From Octopus bimaculoides (lineage: Eukaryota): a stretch of DNA of 44,966 bases. The notes under the pieces were generated by a model that worked only from the letters and a program-made list of their open reading frames with translations, was not told the origin of the DNA and ran no database searches. Shown here one piece after another: positions 25,151 to 37,781 of the stretch. A program made the translations under genes and the position numbers. How positions within the stretch are numbered: the stretch's first letter is position 1; each line of letters begins with the position of its first letter. The stretch covers positions 7,188,421 through 7,233,386 of the forward strand of contig NC_068994.1 of the NCBI RefSeq assembly GCF_001194135.2. The letters run 5' to 3'.

Positions 25151-25494
25151 ATGGGGGACTTATCTTCACAGAACCGGGATAGTTTATTCAGGTTTCTAAC
25201 TTCTAATCTTGCAAAGGGATTTATGTTTTGGCCTCTCGCCCATTTTCGATGATAAAATAACAAATAAGTTTCAAAAATAGTCTACTGTGCCCCCGGTTTG
25301 TTCTGAAGTAATCAGTGCCCCACCCCTCTTTTGTATCGTGGTTTTCGTTTTGTTTGTTTTTTCTTTTTGTATCCTATTTTTATCGTCTGCTACCTTCTTC
25401 ACTGACTGGGAAGATTCGGTGTAAAAAAACCTGCTCCAGTTCACAGCTGTTTGTTGTTGTTTCTGCTGGATAACGGCTTTTTCGTGTCTTCTCA

Positions 25495-25662
25495 TCTCCG
25501 TCGTCGTCGCTGCCACCCTTTTCTTTTTCCTTTTTCTTCGTCGTTGTCGTCTTCTTCGTCTTCTTTTTCTTCTTCGTCTTCTTTTTCTTCTTCGTCTTCT
25601 TTTTCTTCTTCGTCTTCTTCTTCTTCGTCGTCGTCGTCGTCGTCGTCGTCTTTTTCTTTTTT
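25495..25662. repeat. Compound (TCT)/(TCG) trinucleotide repeat with an ~18-nt superstructure
   Basis: Read directly; it yields poly-R/K on the minus strand and poly-S on the plus strand. Confidence 0.9.
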
Positions 25663-26071
25663 TCACCTTCGCTTCCTCTTAAATACTTCCCACGATCTCG
25701 TACTAATCGCCCTCTATTTTTTTTCGTTAATTTTACATTTTATGCAAATTATTTCCTTATCTTCCTTCCTGTTCACCTCTACCTACTTTCCCCTTCTGTC
25801 CTTCTTCACCGTTCTACAAATTCGACACTAACGCTGCTTTTCTACTATCTCTTCGCGTATCTTGCGTTGCTCAACCCCAAACCACCCCTCACCCAGTTTT
25901 TGCGGATATTGAGGCTTTGTTTATTTATTTTGCGTGTGTGAGTTTAGCTCTGTCTATTAACGATCTTGAAGCAGGACATGAAACTATAATGAAACAATTT
26001 TCTGTATTAAAATAGGAAAATCTGTGTTTTCCGGTGCCTTGCCTTGTTTTAGGACTGGTCAGTGGACCAAC

Positions 26072-26462
26072 TGCAGCCATGTGGTTTCGGGTTTGGTCTC
26101 ACTGTGCGGAGCGCCCCCGGACCGACGAACCCTTTTGTGAATTTGGTAGATGGAAACTGAAAGAAGCCCGTCGTAAGCGTGTGTCTTTGTGTTCCCCCAT
26201 CCTTCACTTGATAACCGATATCGGGGTAATTTTTCAGATTAACACCCGCACGGTTTTCACTAGGGTGTTTGGGTTACGGCTTTAGGGTCAGGGTTGGAGT
26301 TAAGATTAGGGTTTTAGGGTTAGGTAATCGTGCGGGTGTTGGTCTGAAAAATCACCGGTATCGGTTTGTTTACATCCCCGTGAGTTGGCAGTTCGGACAA
26401 AGACGCCAGTAGAACAAATGCCGCATGGCCGCAGTCCAGTGACGGAAATAAGTGAAAGAGTA
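26072..26462 (+). mobile_element. SINE family A copy interrupted by a telomere-repeat MITE
   Basis: SINE sequence flanks the insert on both sides: cttgataaccgatatcgg before and ggtatcggtttgtttacatcccc after. Confidence 0.8.
26225..26356. mobile_element. 132-bp MITE with 28-bp TIRs, ~8-bp TSD and TTAGGG-like interior
   Basis: TIRs ggtaatttttcagattaacacccgcacg and cgtgcgggtgttggtctgaaaaatcacc (3 mismatches). Flanks GATATCGG (26217-26224) and GGTATCGG (26357-26364). Confidence 0.85.
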
Positions 26463-28692
26463 ACATGGTGTAAAAACATAAGCTGTTTTTTTTTTTTCTT
26501 TTTCTAAACATTCGTTTCCTTTTTTTGTGTTTTCACTTGGCCGTGTCTTAAGGAAGAAAAAAAAACAAACAAAAAAAAACACATTATTCACTGTATTTGC
26601 ACAGCTATAATTGACTCGGTCTTCTGTATTATTTACTTAGAAAATTGTCTAATTTGTAGCAGTCTTTTATATTTGCGCCAGGAACTACTGATAACGGCGA
26701 GTCATCTAGAAAACCTCTATGTAATTTGTTCAACTTATTACAAATATAAGCCAAATCTCTCCCAAATCACACCCTATCATAATAATAATAATAATAATAA
26801 TAAATACCTTAGATATTGTTCCAGGTAATGTGTTTAATAAAATCATAATTAACTGATCTTCCTCTATTTACTTTTACCCAAAGCCAAGAACTTCTCACCA
26901 CCCTTTGTATATATATATGTATGCGTCTTTGTTTGTCTACCCACCCCATCGCGTGAGAGCCAGCATTTGTTTGCTTTTCTGTAATTTAGCAGTTCAGCAA
27001 AGTAGACCAGGTTTTAAAAAAAAAACCGAGGTCAGTTGGTTCAACTACACCTGTCAAGGCTATACACCTCCTGCCCCCAGCATGGCCACTATCCAATGAC
27101 TGAAACAAGACAAGGTAACTGTTGTCATGACCCAATCAATTCCTGGTTTCCTTGTTCACCGGAGCCATGTACCTACTCAACTGATTGCTTAAATTCTCTA
27201 TCAGCTCTAATTGTTTCGTTTGCGTATGGTTTATTGCTTGCACCAACAGTTTCTACAACGTGAATGAATCCATGCGCTGGATTTGCTTAGCCTCTGGCAG
27301 ATTTGTCTTAAAGCCTTAGATATTCTTATACAAAAGATTAGAAGTATTTCGCTGGAGCTTATATTTCTGACATCAGAGAAAAATAGTTTTTATTATGTTG
27401 TTGTTTGTTTCCTAGTAACCTACATAATGAGAAAATCTTTTCTTCAATCTGTTGTCATTTTATGTGGTTTTCATTGTTTTCTTTTTATTTTTTACTCTAA
27501 AATTTTGTTAGAACAGACTTGCACTCTTTCTTTTTTTTTTTTTTTTTTTTTTTTTTGGCTTTTGATTCGTATATACACTGGGCATCTAGGATGCATTCTC
27601 CAATATACTTTCCTTTTAAAAACTTTTTGCGCAAGAGCTACTATGTATTGGAGGAAGAGAGTTGATTTAGTATTTTTTATTTTAGTTGAAGGTTAGCAAT
27701 TTTGAGATTTTGGCAAGTTGACACTATCGGCTCCAGTGCTCGACCGGTGCTTTATTTTATCAATTCCAAAAAGATGAAAGGTGAAGTTGACCTTGGTGGG
27801 ATTTGAACTCAAAATGTAAAGACACAGAAAAAAAATACTAAGTGTTTAGTCTAACGGGTTATCTATTAAACTAAGACAGCTGATCTTCATTTGAAGATGG
27901 TGAATAACTAAATCAGTCTCACTTTGAAATATGAAGGAAAATTCTCTGACATATCAATTATTTCCCTTTCTTTTTAAACATCTTGAATTATTTTTTTTTT
28001 TGTTTTTGGTTTAGTCAAGGGAAAAGTGAAGAGGCTATCACCTTCCGATCAGCCTGGAGACCATATCTCTCACCTTCTACTCTACATCACCCTCAATTTC
28101 CACGTTTTAGAATCAGACCCATAACTACTCCAATCTTTTCCAAGCCTGCAACTTCTCTCTTTTAAAAGGCCCACAAATTTGACTTCCAGATCCAACTTGG
28201 AACCTCCACTTGTTTGCATCCCCAATTTCTTATTTGTCTCATCTCACAAACCACCCTTATAATCACACTCTACTCAGTCTAGTGTCTGCATGATTGTTCT
28301 GTTCGACTGGCTCACCTCTAACCTAATATATTGCATGTCATTCAATTCTTCAATTCCCTGTACGTAGGATAAGATGGAGCTTGCAAAGCCTAACATCTGT
28401 AGTGACTCTGAAGCACTTTGTTGCATGCTTTCAGTACCTGAATGAGTGAAGATATAAGATGTTCTTGATATGAGCGGTAATTGTCTTTACCATTGAAAGA
28501 GTTGAGATATTGTATTCGATAACAGACAAGATGGACTTTATATTTTATAGGACATCAAATGTTTCAAAAATAATCATCCTGGGTCCTTCATGTGTAGTTG
28601 GACCTATATTAAATGTGTTAATACATTAAAACTTTTTTCCTCTATGTGTTAACAAAATCGAGATGCATCTAATGTCTGTGTGTCTTTTATGC

Positions 28693-28923
28693 CAATGGTT
28701 CTCAACTATTTTCTTCCCTTGGGGCCCCCTTTTGATTCTTGTGTGGACCCTCTTAGCCATTCCATGTTTTAAAAATCCTATTATATTTTTATAATCTAAT
28801 ATTAGGAATCGTACAAGAAACAAAAATAGAGTATTTGGTGTATTGGTAGAAGCAGAACCAATTTATTGAACATAAATTTTAGCAACAAAATCTCATATGG
28901 ACCACCCTGGTTGAGAACCCCTG
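28693..28923. mobile_element. hAT (Charlie/Buster-type) non-autonomous element, 231 bp
   Basis: TIRs caatggttctcaac and gttgagaacccctg (2 mismatches). Perfect 8-bp TSD TTTTATGC at 28685-28692 and 28924-28931, with TA at positions 4-5. Confidence 0.88.
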
Positions 28924-29237
28924 TTTTATGCTATCAAATGTGGTATTGTTCCCTGTTTGGGGGATTAATTGCAGCCAAGTTAAGAACAGCTGTGTGGCTG
29001 GTCATTTGTGTTGTGTAATTTTGGTTAGGTTAAAATACCTGTAATTTACTAGGCTTGCCACACTCAAGTGTACTCAGTGCTCTGCATAAGACTTGGCGTA
29101 GACAGAGAACATTTTTATTCTGTTCTATCTGACAGTCTGTTGTTCCAGTTTTCCCCTTTAAACCTGATATTTTCCTTTTCTTTCAGAATAGTTCAGTTTA
29201 TCTTTGTGAAAGCATTCATTCTTCTTGCCGATTCTTA

Positions 29238-29269
<32 letters not shown>

Positions 29270-29692
29270 NNNNNNNNNNNNNNNNNNNNNNNNNNNNNNN
29301 NNNNNNNNNNNNNNNNNNNNNNNNNNNNNNNNNNNNNNNNNNNNNNNNNNNNNNNNNNNNNNNNNNNNNNNNNNNNNNNNNNNNNNNNNNNNNNNNNNNN
29401 NNNNNNNNNNNNNNNNNNNNNNNNNNNNNNNNNNNNNNNNNNNNNNNNNNNNNNNNNNNNNNNNNNNNNNNNNNNNNNNNNNNNNNNNNNNNNNNNNNNN
29501 NNNNNNNNNNNNNNNNNNNNNNNNNNNNNNNNNNNNNNNNNNNNNNNNNNNNNNNNNNNNNNNNNNNNNNNNNNNNNNNNNNNNNNNNNNNNNNNNNNNN
29601 NNNNNNNNNNNNNNNNNNNNNNNNNNNNNNNNNNNNNNNNNNNNNNNNNNNNNNNNNNNNNNNNNNNNNNNNNNNNNNNNNNNNNNNNNNNN

Positions 29693-30666
29693 CTCTCGCA
29701 TGCCCTCTCTCTCTCTCTCGCATGCCCTCTCTCTCTCTCTCGCATGCCCTCTCTCTCTCTCTCACATGCCCTCTCTTTCTCTCCTTCACCCCCTCTCTCT
29801 CGCCCTCTCTCCTTCTCCACCCCCTCTCTCACATGCCCTTTCTTCTCACACAATCTCTGTCTGTCTGCCTGTCCTATGCTCTTTCTGCTTCTCTTCAGAC
29901 TCTGCTATTTTTTAGACACACTGTGCCTCTCTCTCTCGCCCTCTCTCTCGCCCTCTCTCTCTCGCCCTCTCTCTCTCGCCCTCTCTCTCTCGCCCTCTCT
30001 CTCTCGCCCTCTCTCTCTCNNNNNNNNNNNNNNNNNNNNNNNNNNNNNNNNNNNNNNNNNNNNNNNNNNNNNNNNNNNNNNNNNNNNNNNNNNNNNNNNN
30101 NNNNNNNNNNNNNNNNNNNNNNNNNNNNNNNNNNNNNNNNNNNNNNNNNNNNNNNNNNNNNNNNNNNNNNNNNNNNNNNNNNNNNNNNNNNNNNNNNNNN
30201 NNNNNNNNNNNNNNNNNNNNNNNNNNNNNNNNNNNNNNNNNNNNNNNNNNNNNNNNNNNNNNNNNNNNNNNNNNNNNNNNNNNNNNNNNNNNNNNNNNNN
30301 NNNNNNNNNNNNNNNNNNNNNNNNNNNNNNNNNNNNNNNNNNNNNNNNNNNNNNNNNNNNNNNNNNNNNNNNNNNNNNNNNNNNNNNNNNNNNNNNNNNN
30401 NNNNNNNNNNNNNNNNNNNNNNNNNNNNNNNNNNNNNNNNNNNNNNNNNNNNNNNNNNNNNNNNNNNNNNNNNNNNNNNNNNNNNNNNNNNNNNNNNNNN
30501 NNNNNNNNNNNNNNNNNNNNNNNNNNNNNNNNNNNNNNNNNNNNNNNNNNNNNNNNNNNNNNNNNNNNNNNNNNNNNNNNNNNNNNNNNNNNNNNNNNNN
30601 NNNNNNNNNNNNNNNNNNNNNNNNNNNNNNNNNNNNNNNNNNNNNNNNNNNNNNNNNNNNNNNTCT

Positions 30667-30701
<35 letters not shown>

Positions 30702-30712
30702 TCTCTGCTTCT
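29693..30712. repeat. (CT)n-based minisatellites (ctctcgcatgcc(ct)n and 14-nt ctctctctctcgcc) flanking N gaps
   Basis: The same 14-nt unit appears on both sides of the 30020-30663 gap. Confidence 0.85.
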
Positions 30713-31439
30713 ATTTCTTCACAGACACCCTCTGTCTGCCCCTCTCCCCCACTTTCTATCTCTCTTGCATCTCTAGCTTGCTTTCCTTCCTTCCTTTCTT
30801 ACTCACCTATGGTAACCTTGTCTAAACAAAACTGGTCTTCAATCATGACACTTTGTTTACTCATGCTTGGAATTCTTTCAAGTAATGTCTTCACTGCAGC
30901 TGTTTGCAGTCTTCATTTGCTCGAGTGTTCAGGCCGTTCCACAGCAACTTCATATGAAGTACTGTTAGAGTACACGCAGATTTAGCCGAGTCCTTACTGA
31001 GAATCTTAGCGGTGGCAGTGGTTTTAAAGATTAATCGATCTATCATCTATCTAATCCATCCTGTTTTATTGTTAATTTAGAAAGATTATCTCTCAAATAA
31101 CCATGTAATTAGCAGAAAGCTGTTTGCTTATACCGTTGCACTTCAGAACCGATATAATGAACTCGCATTTTGGGTTTTTTCCAATGTTTGCTAGCGTGGG
31201 GGTTTATCTTGTGTATCTTCTTCCTGCATCATTTCGTCTTTGAGATGTTCTTAACTTTAACTACAAAGAGTGTTTCCCCCATCCCTGCCACCACCATCTA
31301 AACTCGCCTTATATCTCTTTGCTTTCCTCGTTTTCTCCTCCTCCTCCTCTTCCTCTCACATCATCATTATCAACCTCTAGAAATTACTGTCTCCAGTCCT
31401 GGGGACTTATAGGGTCAGTTACCCAGTGAGATGACAATA

Positions 31440-31602
31440 TTTCACCTGAATGAGACTCCAGTCCATCACGGGGCACTCGTTTACAGCTGAGTGAACTAAA
31501 ATAACATGAATGGAGCGTTTTGCTCAAGAAACAATGCACTGCTCAATCCAGAATTGAGACCACATCTTGCAATATTGAGTGCAACACCTTAACCACTAGG
31601 CC
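31440..31602 (-). mobile_element. Decayed SINE family E head
   Basis: tttacagctgagtgaact...ttgctcaagaaacaa...taaccact resembles 40855-40972. Confidence 0.6.
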
Positions 31603-31634
31603 ATGCTCTTTCCCTCTTTCATATATTATGTGAA

Positions 31635-32018
31635 GTGGCAGTGCAATGGCCCAGTGGTTAGGGCAGCGGACTCGCAGTCATAGGATCACGGTTTCAATTC
31701 CCAGACTGGGCGTTGTGAGTATTTATTGAGCTAAAACTCCACGAGGCTCCGGCAGGGGATGGTGGCGAACCCTGCTGTACTCTTTCATCACAACTTTCTC
31801 TCACTCTTACTTCCTGTTTCTGTTGTGCCTGTAATTCAAAAGGTCAGCCTTGTCACCCTCTGCGTCACGTTGAATATCCCCGAGAACTACGTCAAGGGTA
31901 CACATGTCTGTGGAGTGCTCAGCCACTTGCACATTAATTTCACGAGCAGGCTGTTCCGTTGATCGGATCAACTGGAACCCTCAACGTCGTAAGCAACGGA
32001 TTGCCAACAACAACGACA
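31635..32018 (+). mobile_element. Full-length SINE family B with 12-bp TSD
   Basis: ATATTATGTGAA at 31623-31634 and 32019-32030; collinear with 24169-24557. Confidence 0.93.
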
Positions 32019-33061
32019 ATATTATGTGAAACCTCTTTTCATATTTTTCTACTTGGCATATAGTTCCATATTCATGTGTAACTGGAACTTTATGTAACTA
32101 TGCCTTTATGTGAGATGAGAAGAGAAGTAAACTCCTGGTAATTCAAGTTTGCCACTCAGATTCAAGGTTTCATTGTATCGTTTCATTTGCAAACTCTCAA
32201 TATCTTTGCTAAAGACATGAACATCATACAATCTTCTCCATTTTAGGTTTTTGTGATTAAGAAAATAAAGAGGTGGGCTTATGCTGTGTCTAGTGTTTGT
32301 GAGGTGATTCTGCACATCCAGCCCATCCCACCCCACCCAAGTCATTGTTGATCAAAAATATTTTAAACTATCCCTGACTATAGCATCTCTTTCTTCACTC
32401 TTTTCAGACAGTGTGTCTGAGGCTGCATTACTCATTGTGTCTTTCCTTTTTTAAATTGACTGGGTACATTATGAGGGAGATTTGACTCCTATTTCTAGCA
32501 GGTCATGACCACAGTCTTCTTTCAGCTTGTGTATTTGTTGGCGCTTGTGTGACTATAATATGCTTTTATATTTAGAGATTATAGCTTTCTAGATGTGTCC
32601 AGACTTGCATGTTTGACGCAAGTTACCGATTTTCACCTCAATGGGTGACTCTTTATTGCAGTGGTTTTTATGTATTACCAGAGATAAAAATTCATTTAAG
32701 AGAAGACAAAAATATTATCGACAAAACAATGAATGGAATATCAAAAAGAATGGCAAACACGTTTATTCTCCAACCGTAAACAAAACAGCAGTATGTAAAA
32801 TTGGCTCAATAAAGACACTGGTGGTCTTTTTGATGTGCTTATTGCTTAGAGAAGCTGAGGGTAGTCAGTAGAGTGCCGAACAAAATACTTTGTGGTATTT
32901 GTTCCAGCTTTTTTATGTTCTGTATTTGATTCCTCCTGGAGTCAACCTTGCTTGCTGTGCTTTTTGAGACCATAACAAAAAAAAAACAAAATAAAAAATG
33001 CCAAGTACCAGTTATGTCCTGGGGTCAATTAAATTGACTACAAATCATATATTGTCAAAGG

Positions 33062-33422
33062 TGCAGGCATGGCTGCGTTGTAAGAAGCTTACTTTCCAAC
33101 CGCATGCTTCTGGGTTCAGTCCTACTGCATGGCACCTTGGGCAAGTGTCTTCTCTAGCCGCTGGCTGATCAAAGCCTTGTGAGTGGATTTGGTAGACAGA
33201 AACTGAAAGAAGCCTATCATATATATATTTGTTTGTCCCTCCACCATTGCTTGAAAATGGATGTTGGTATGTTAGCAGTTCAGCAAAAGAGACCGACAGA
33301 ATAAGTCCTAGGCTTTCAAAGAATAAGTCCTGTGGTTAATTTCTTCAGCTAAAAAACCCTTTCAGGCAGTGCTCCAGCATGGCCACAGTCAAATGACTGA
33401 AATGAGTAAAAGAGTAAAAGTA
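33062..33422 (+). mobile_element. Older SINE family A copy with decayed CpGs
   Basis: Collinear with 3939-4356; for example aagcctatcat in place of aagcccgtcgt. Confidence 0.85.
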
Positions 33423-34489
33423 AATAAATGTGGCCGTTCTTTTCAAGTCCTGCTATTTCACTGTTTACTTCTTAAGGTTATCTTTCCAGATATTCTAGAG
33501 AAATTATAGCCAGTACTATAATTTCTATAGAATTTTGGTAGAGATAATCTTAGCAGTGCATTTTACATCACTTGTTAACACTGTAGAACACAGCATTGAC
33601 TTATAAAAAACATTTGATATATTTTATAGTAATATTACGGTTGCATAGCAAAATACCATGGCCCTACAAGTCATTGATATTGTTTAATGATTGTCTGGTG
33701 TTGAAAAAATACCTCCCTTGCTGCAATAGATTGCATTGAAACTGGCGTCTTGTTTCTGCTGATTTCTACAGTCCTCCCCCACTCCATTTTAACCCTGGTG
33801 ACATTTGAACTTGGAATAACCAGATGGTTGACTGCAAGCATTTAAAACACCTAACCCAAGCTTGAAAATTCGACTCTGACTTGTAGTATTGAGTTTGAAA
33901 GCAATTGACTCTCAAATTTTTCTTTGTTTTTTCCTTCTTTATGCCTAGCTCACGTGATCCTCTCCACTTGGGTAACCAACAGCTCAAGAAGGCATTGAGT
34001 GTCAGTCGTTTGACCTTCATATCTATATATGTCTCCCTGTTACCTCTTATATATGACCTTCTTTCCCCTTCTAGTATTACTATTCTTGTTGATTTTGTGA
34101 TGGTGTTGAGGGGGAGAGTGAGTAGGTGAAGTGATGTTAGTCTAATGTATTTGTCAGTGAAGTAGTGTTGAACTATCTTTAGTGTGTGTGTGTGCTTTAT
34201 AATGAGGTATGTTTCTTGCTCATATATGTGGGAGGCCAAATGAGTTGCTGTTGTGTGTAAAGGTGGTGAAGGTCAAGTGGTCTTTCTCTGTTGTGGAGTC
34301 CAAGATGTTGGTGTAGGTCTGATGGTGTTGGATGCTGTAGCAATGGTTGAATACACCTTAGAGAGTGAAAGTGACTTAGTTGTGGTGGTGGTATCTGTAT
34401 GAGGGGTAGATCATCATTTCTGTAAAAACCTGTTTTAGGTTTCATGTGGGGTTCATAAACTTTGCCGATTTTTACAACAGTAGAATATA

Positions 34490-34822
34490 GGCGTAGGGGT
34501 GGCTGTGTGGTAAGTAGCTTGCTTACCAACCACATGGTCTCGGTTCAGTCCCACTACGTGGCATCTTGGGCAAGTGTCTTCTACTATAGCCTCGGGTCGG
34601 CCAAAGCCTTGTGAGTGGATTTGGTAGACGGAAACTGAAAGAAGCCTGTATATATGTGTGTTTGTGTGTCTGTCCCCCCAACATCGCTTGACAACCGATG
34701 CTGGTGTGTTTATGTTCCCGTAACTTAGCGGTTCGGCAAAAGAGACCGATAGAATAAGTACTAGGCTTCCAAAGAATAAGTCCTGGGGTCGATTTGCTCG
34801 ACTAAAGGCGGTGGTGCTCCAG
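34490..34822 (+). mobile_element. Young SINE family A copy, 3' end replaced by a hAT-like left end
   Basis: High similarity to 3939; stops at ggtgctccag just before cagtgttactcaaagtgg (34824). Confidence 0.88.
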
Positions 34823-34823
34823 G

Positions 34824-34890
34824 CAGTGTTACTCAAAGTGGTGGTCCACGGACCGGTGCCGGTCCACAATCCATCAGTTGCCGGTACATG
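34824..34890. mobile_element. Orphan hAT-like terminus
   Basis: cagtgttactcaaagtggtggtccacggacc resembles the start of 44305 (caggggttttcaaactgtggtccacggacc). No partner TIR was seen. Confidence 0.5.
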
Positions 34891-35149
34891 GCAAGTTTCC
34901 AGAAAAGAAAAACATAAAATGCTTGCCTAAGGTACCATAAGCTTTTTCTCAAGTAATTTGTCACTTTTAACAATCTACATTATTTTGTAATCCCATTTTT
35001 AAAAAATGTTGTGGCCCAGAACCAAGGTGGTCACTGCCAAAATCCCAACCATTTCTGTTTACTAGACTCTAGACTAACATTCAGGAATCGGTTATCTACA
35101 GGCCAAGATGAACATGTGCAATAATCAGAAAAGGATGGCATAAAAGACA

Positions 35150-35515
35150 TTGGTCATGCGGTTAGAAGTTTGCTTCCCAACCACATGGTTCTGGGTTCAG
35201 TCCCACTGCATGGCACCTTGGGCAAGTATCTTCTATAGCCTCGGGCCAACCAATGCCTCATGAGTGGATTTGGTTGACAGAAACTGAAAGATGCGTATCG
35301 TATATATGTGTCTGTTTGTCTCCCCATCACCGCTTGACAACAGGTGTTGGTGTGTTTACCTCCCTGTAACTTAGCGGTTCAGCAAAATAGACTGATAGAA
35401 TAAGTACTAGGCTTACAAAAAGTAAGTCATGGGGTCGATTCGTTCAAATGAAGCCCCTCAAGGTGGTGCTCCAGCATGGCCACAGTCAAATGACTGAAAC
35501 CAGTAAGAGAAAGAG
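35150..35515 (+). mobile_element. SINE family A copy
   Basis: Collinear from head to tail. Confidence 0.85.
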
Positions 35516-36364
35516 TATCAGAAATGCCCCAATTTCAACAGAGCATATTCAGGAAAAAAACCAATTCTTAGTGTTCTTAGCTTTTTAACATTGATTACTC
35601 TGTCAAATGTAATGCTTATTTATTCACATTGTTTTAAATTGATCATGCCTTGTCTCATAGCTTTGAGATTTCAAAGATGTAATAGCTTATTCTTAGAATG
35701 GCAGTGTAGGGCCAGTGTGAGGGGTTGGATCTGGTCAGTTTGAACAAGCAGAAAGAATATTTGAACCAGATATGGCTGGCTAAAGTGTTACAGTTAAAAA
35801 CATGTAATACAGGCTCAATTTTGCATGTTGGAACTAACGCGAGAATTCTCTTCCTTTTAGAAAAGTGCATCTTATCTGACATGAAATACAATATAATTTC
35901 TCTCTGGTGTACACGTCCTTAAAATCCCAGAATAACAGTATTGTTTCTGTTATCTTGCTCATTTGCATTTTTTTTTTTTTTTTTTTTTTTTTTNNNNNNN
36001 NNNNNNNNNNNNNNNNNNNNNNNNNNNNNNNNNNNNNNNNNNNNNNNNNNNNNNNNNNNNNNNNNNNNNNNNNNNNNNNNNNNNNNNNNNNNNNNNNNNN
36101 NNNNNNNNNNNNNNNNNNNNNNNNNNNNNNNNNNNNNNNNNNNNNNNNNNNNNNNNNNNNNNNNNNNNNNNNNNNNNNNNNNNNNNNNNNNNNNNNNNNN
36201 NNNNNNNNNNNNNNNNNNNNNNNNNNNNNNNNNNNNNNNNNNNNNNNNNNNNNNNNNNNNNNNNNNNNNNNNNNNNNNNNNNNNNNNNNNNNNNNNNNNN
36301 NNNNNNNNNNNNNNNNNNNNNNNNNNNNNNNNNNNNNNNNNNNNNNNNNNNNNNNNNNNNNNNN

Positions 36365-36520
36365 NTCACGCTATGTGTCGCGCTGAGTCTCCTTGAGAAC
36401 TACGTTAAGGGTACACGTGTCTGTGGAGTACTCAGCCACTTGCACGTTAATTTCACGAGCAGGCTGTTCCGTTGATTGTATCAGCTGGGACCCTCGTTGT
36501 CGTAACTGACAGCGTGCTCC
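36365..36520 (+). mobile_element. SINE family B 3' tail (5' part hidden in the N gap)
   Basis: gagaactacgttaagggtacacgtgtctgtggagt.ctcagccacttgcacg matches 24425-24480. Confidence 0.85.
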
Positions 36521-37304
36521 TAGGCACAAGGCCTGAAATTTGTGGGGGTGGGAGTGTCAATTACATGGACTCCAGGGTTCAACTGGTACTTATTTTTTTA
36601 TTGATCCCCCCCCCCCCTATAAAAGGTAAGGTCGACCTTGGCTGAATTTGAATTCAGAACATCAAGTGCAGATGAAATTCTGCTGAGCATTTTACCTGGC
36701 ATGCTAACAATTCTGCCAAGCTCCTGAGTGAGCCGCGAAGCCTGAAATTTTGGGGATGGGGTACAGTTGATTATATTAACCCCTAAAATTGACTGACCAT
36801 TATTTTATCCATCCTGAAAGGATGTAAAACAAAGTTGACCTCATAGGATTTGTCCAGTATGTATAAAGAGCGGAGGATATGCTGCTAAAATGTTATCTGA
36901 TGTGTTAACAATTATTCTTGTTTTCCACTCTCCTAATGATAATAATAATAATAGTAATAATAATAGTAATAGTAATAGTAATAGTAATAATAATAATAAT
37001 AAATTTTGCAGTTACTTTTTGTGTGTACATGTATGAGGTTGGTTATTTCAAAATAGCAAATGCCAAGTTTTCCAAATGTTTACACAAACAAAAACTTACC
37101 CTACCTAACACCTCCAAGAATTGATGATTGTGTGTCATAAAGTGATTGTGATGGGTGGGGAGATCCCATTTCTGAAATGAAATTTCGATTGATAATTTTG
37201 ATTAGGTTTCAAATTCATTTCCATCCTTCATTATTCTCTAAGTCCCATGTTTGAAAATACACTTAATGAATATGATATTCCAGCTAAATTTACATTTCTT
37301 TTCG

Positions 37305-37680
37305 CTTACCAACCACATGGTTCCGGGTTCACTCCCACTACGTGGCACCTTGGGCAAGTGTCTTCTACTATAGCCTCGGGCTAACCAAAGCCTTGTGAGT
37401 GGATTTGGTAGACGGAAACTGAAAGAAGCCTGTCGTATATATGTATATATATATATATATGTATATGTATATGTTTGTGTGTCTGTTTGTCCCCCCAACA
37501 TCGCTTGACAACCGATGCTGGTGTGTTTACGTCCCTGTAACTTAGCGGTTCGGCAAAAGAGACTGATAGAATAAGTACTAGGCTTCCAAAGAATAAGTCC
37601 TGGGGTCAATTTGCTCGACTAAAGGCGGTGCTCCAGTATGGCCGCACTCAAATGACTGAAACAAGTAAAAGAGTAAAAGA
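37305..37680 (+). mobile_element. Young, 5'-truncated SINE family A copy ending ~100 bp upstream of the exon-2 acceptor
   Basis: Nearly identical to 34490-34822; the tail runs into (GA)n. Confidence 0.9.
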
Positions 37681-37781
37681 GAGAGAGAGAGAGTAATACA
37701 TTTTCTTTTTGTTTTGTTGTTTTGTATTATATTATTTTATCACGAAGTTGATATTATATATTCTGTTTGTTCTTCTTCCAG

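Larger units (their letters stand above)
12881..37781 (+). other. Intron of about 24.9 kb including N gaps, GT-AG, phase 1
   Basis: Phase-compatible donor and acceptor join GGRIWTIS to DEEGRKAEMGANWIHG, segments that are adjacent in this protein family. Confidence 0.88.

Noticed and set aside
25271-25666. Arg/Lys-rich ORF resembling a cephalopod protamine
   Set aside because: It is produced by a (GAA)/(GAC) trinucleotide microsatellite, lacks the interspersed Ser/Tyr of protamines, and has no supporting gene structure.
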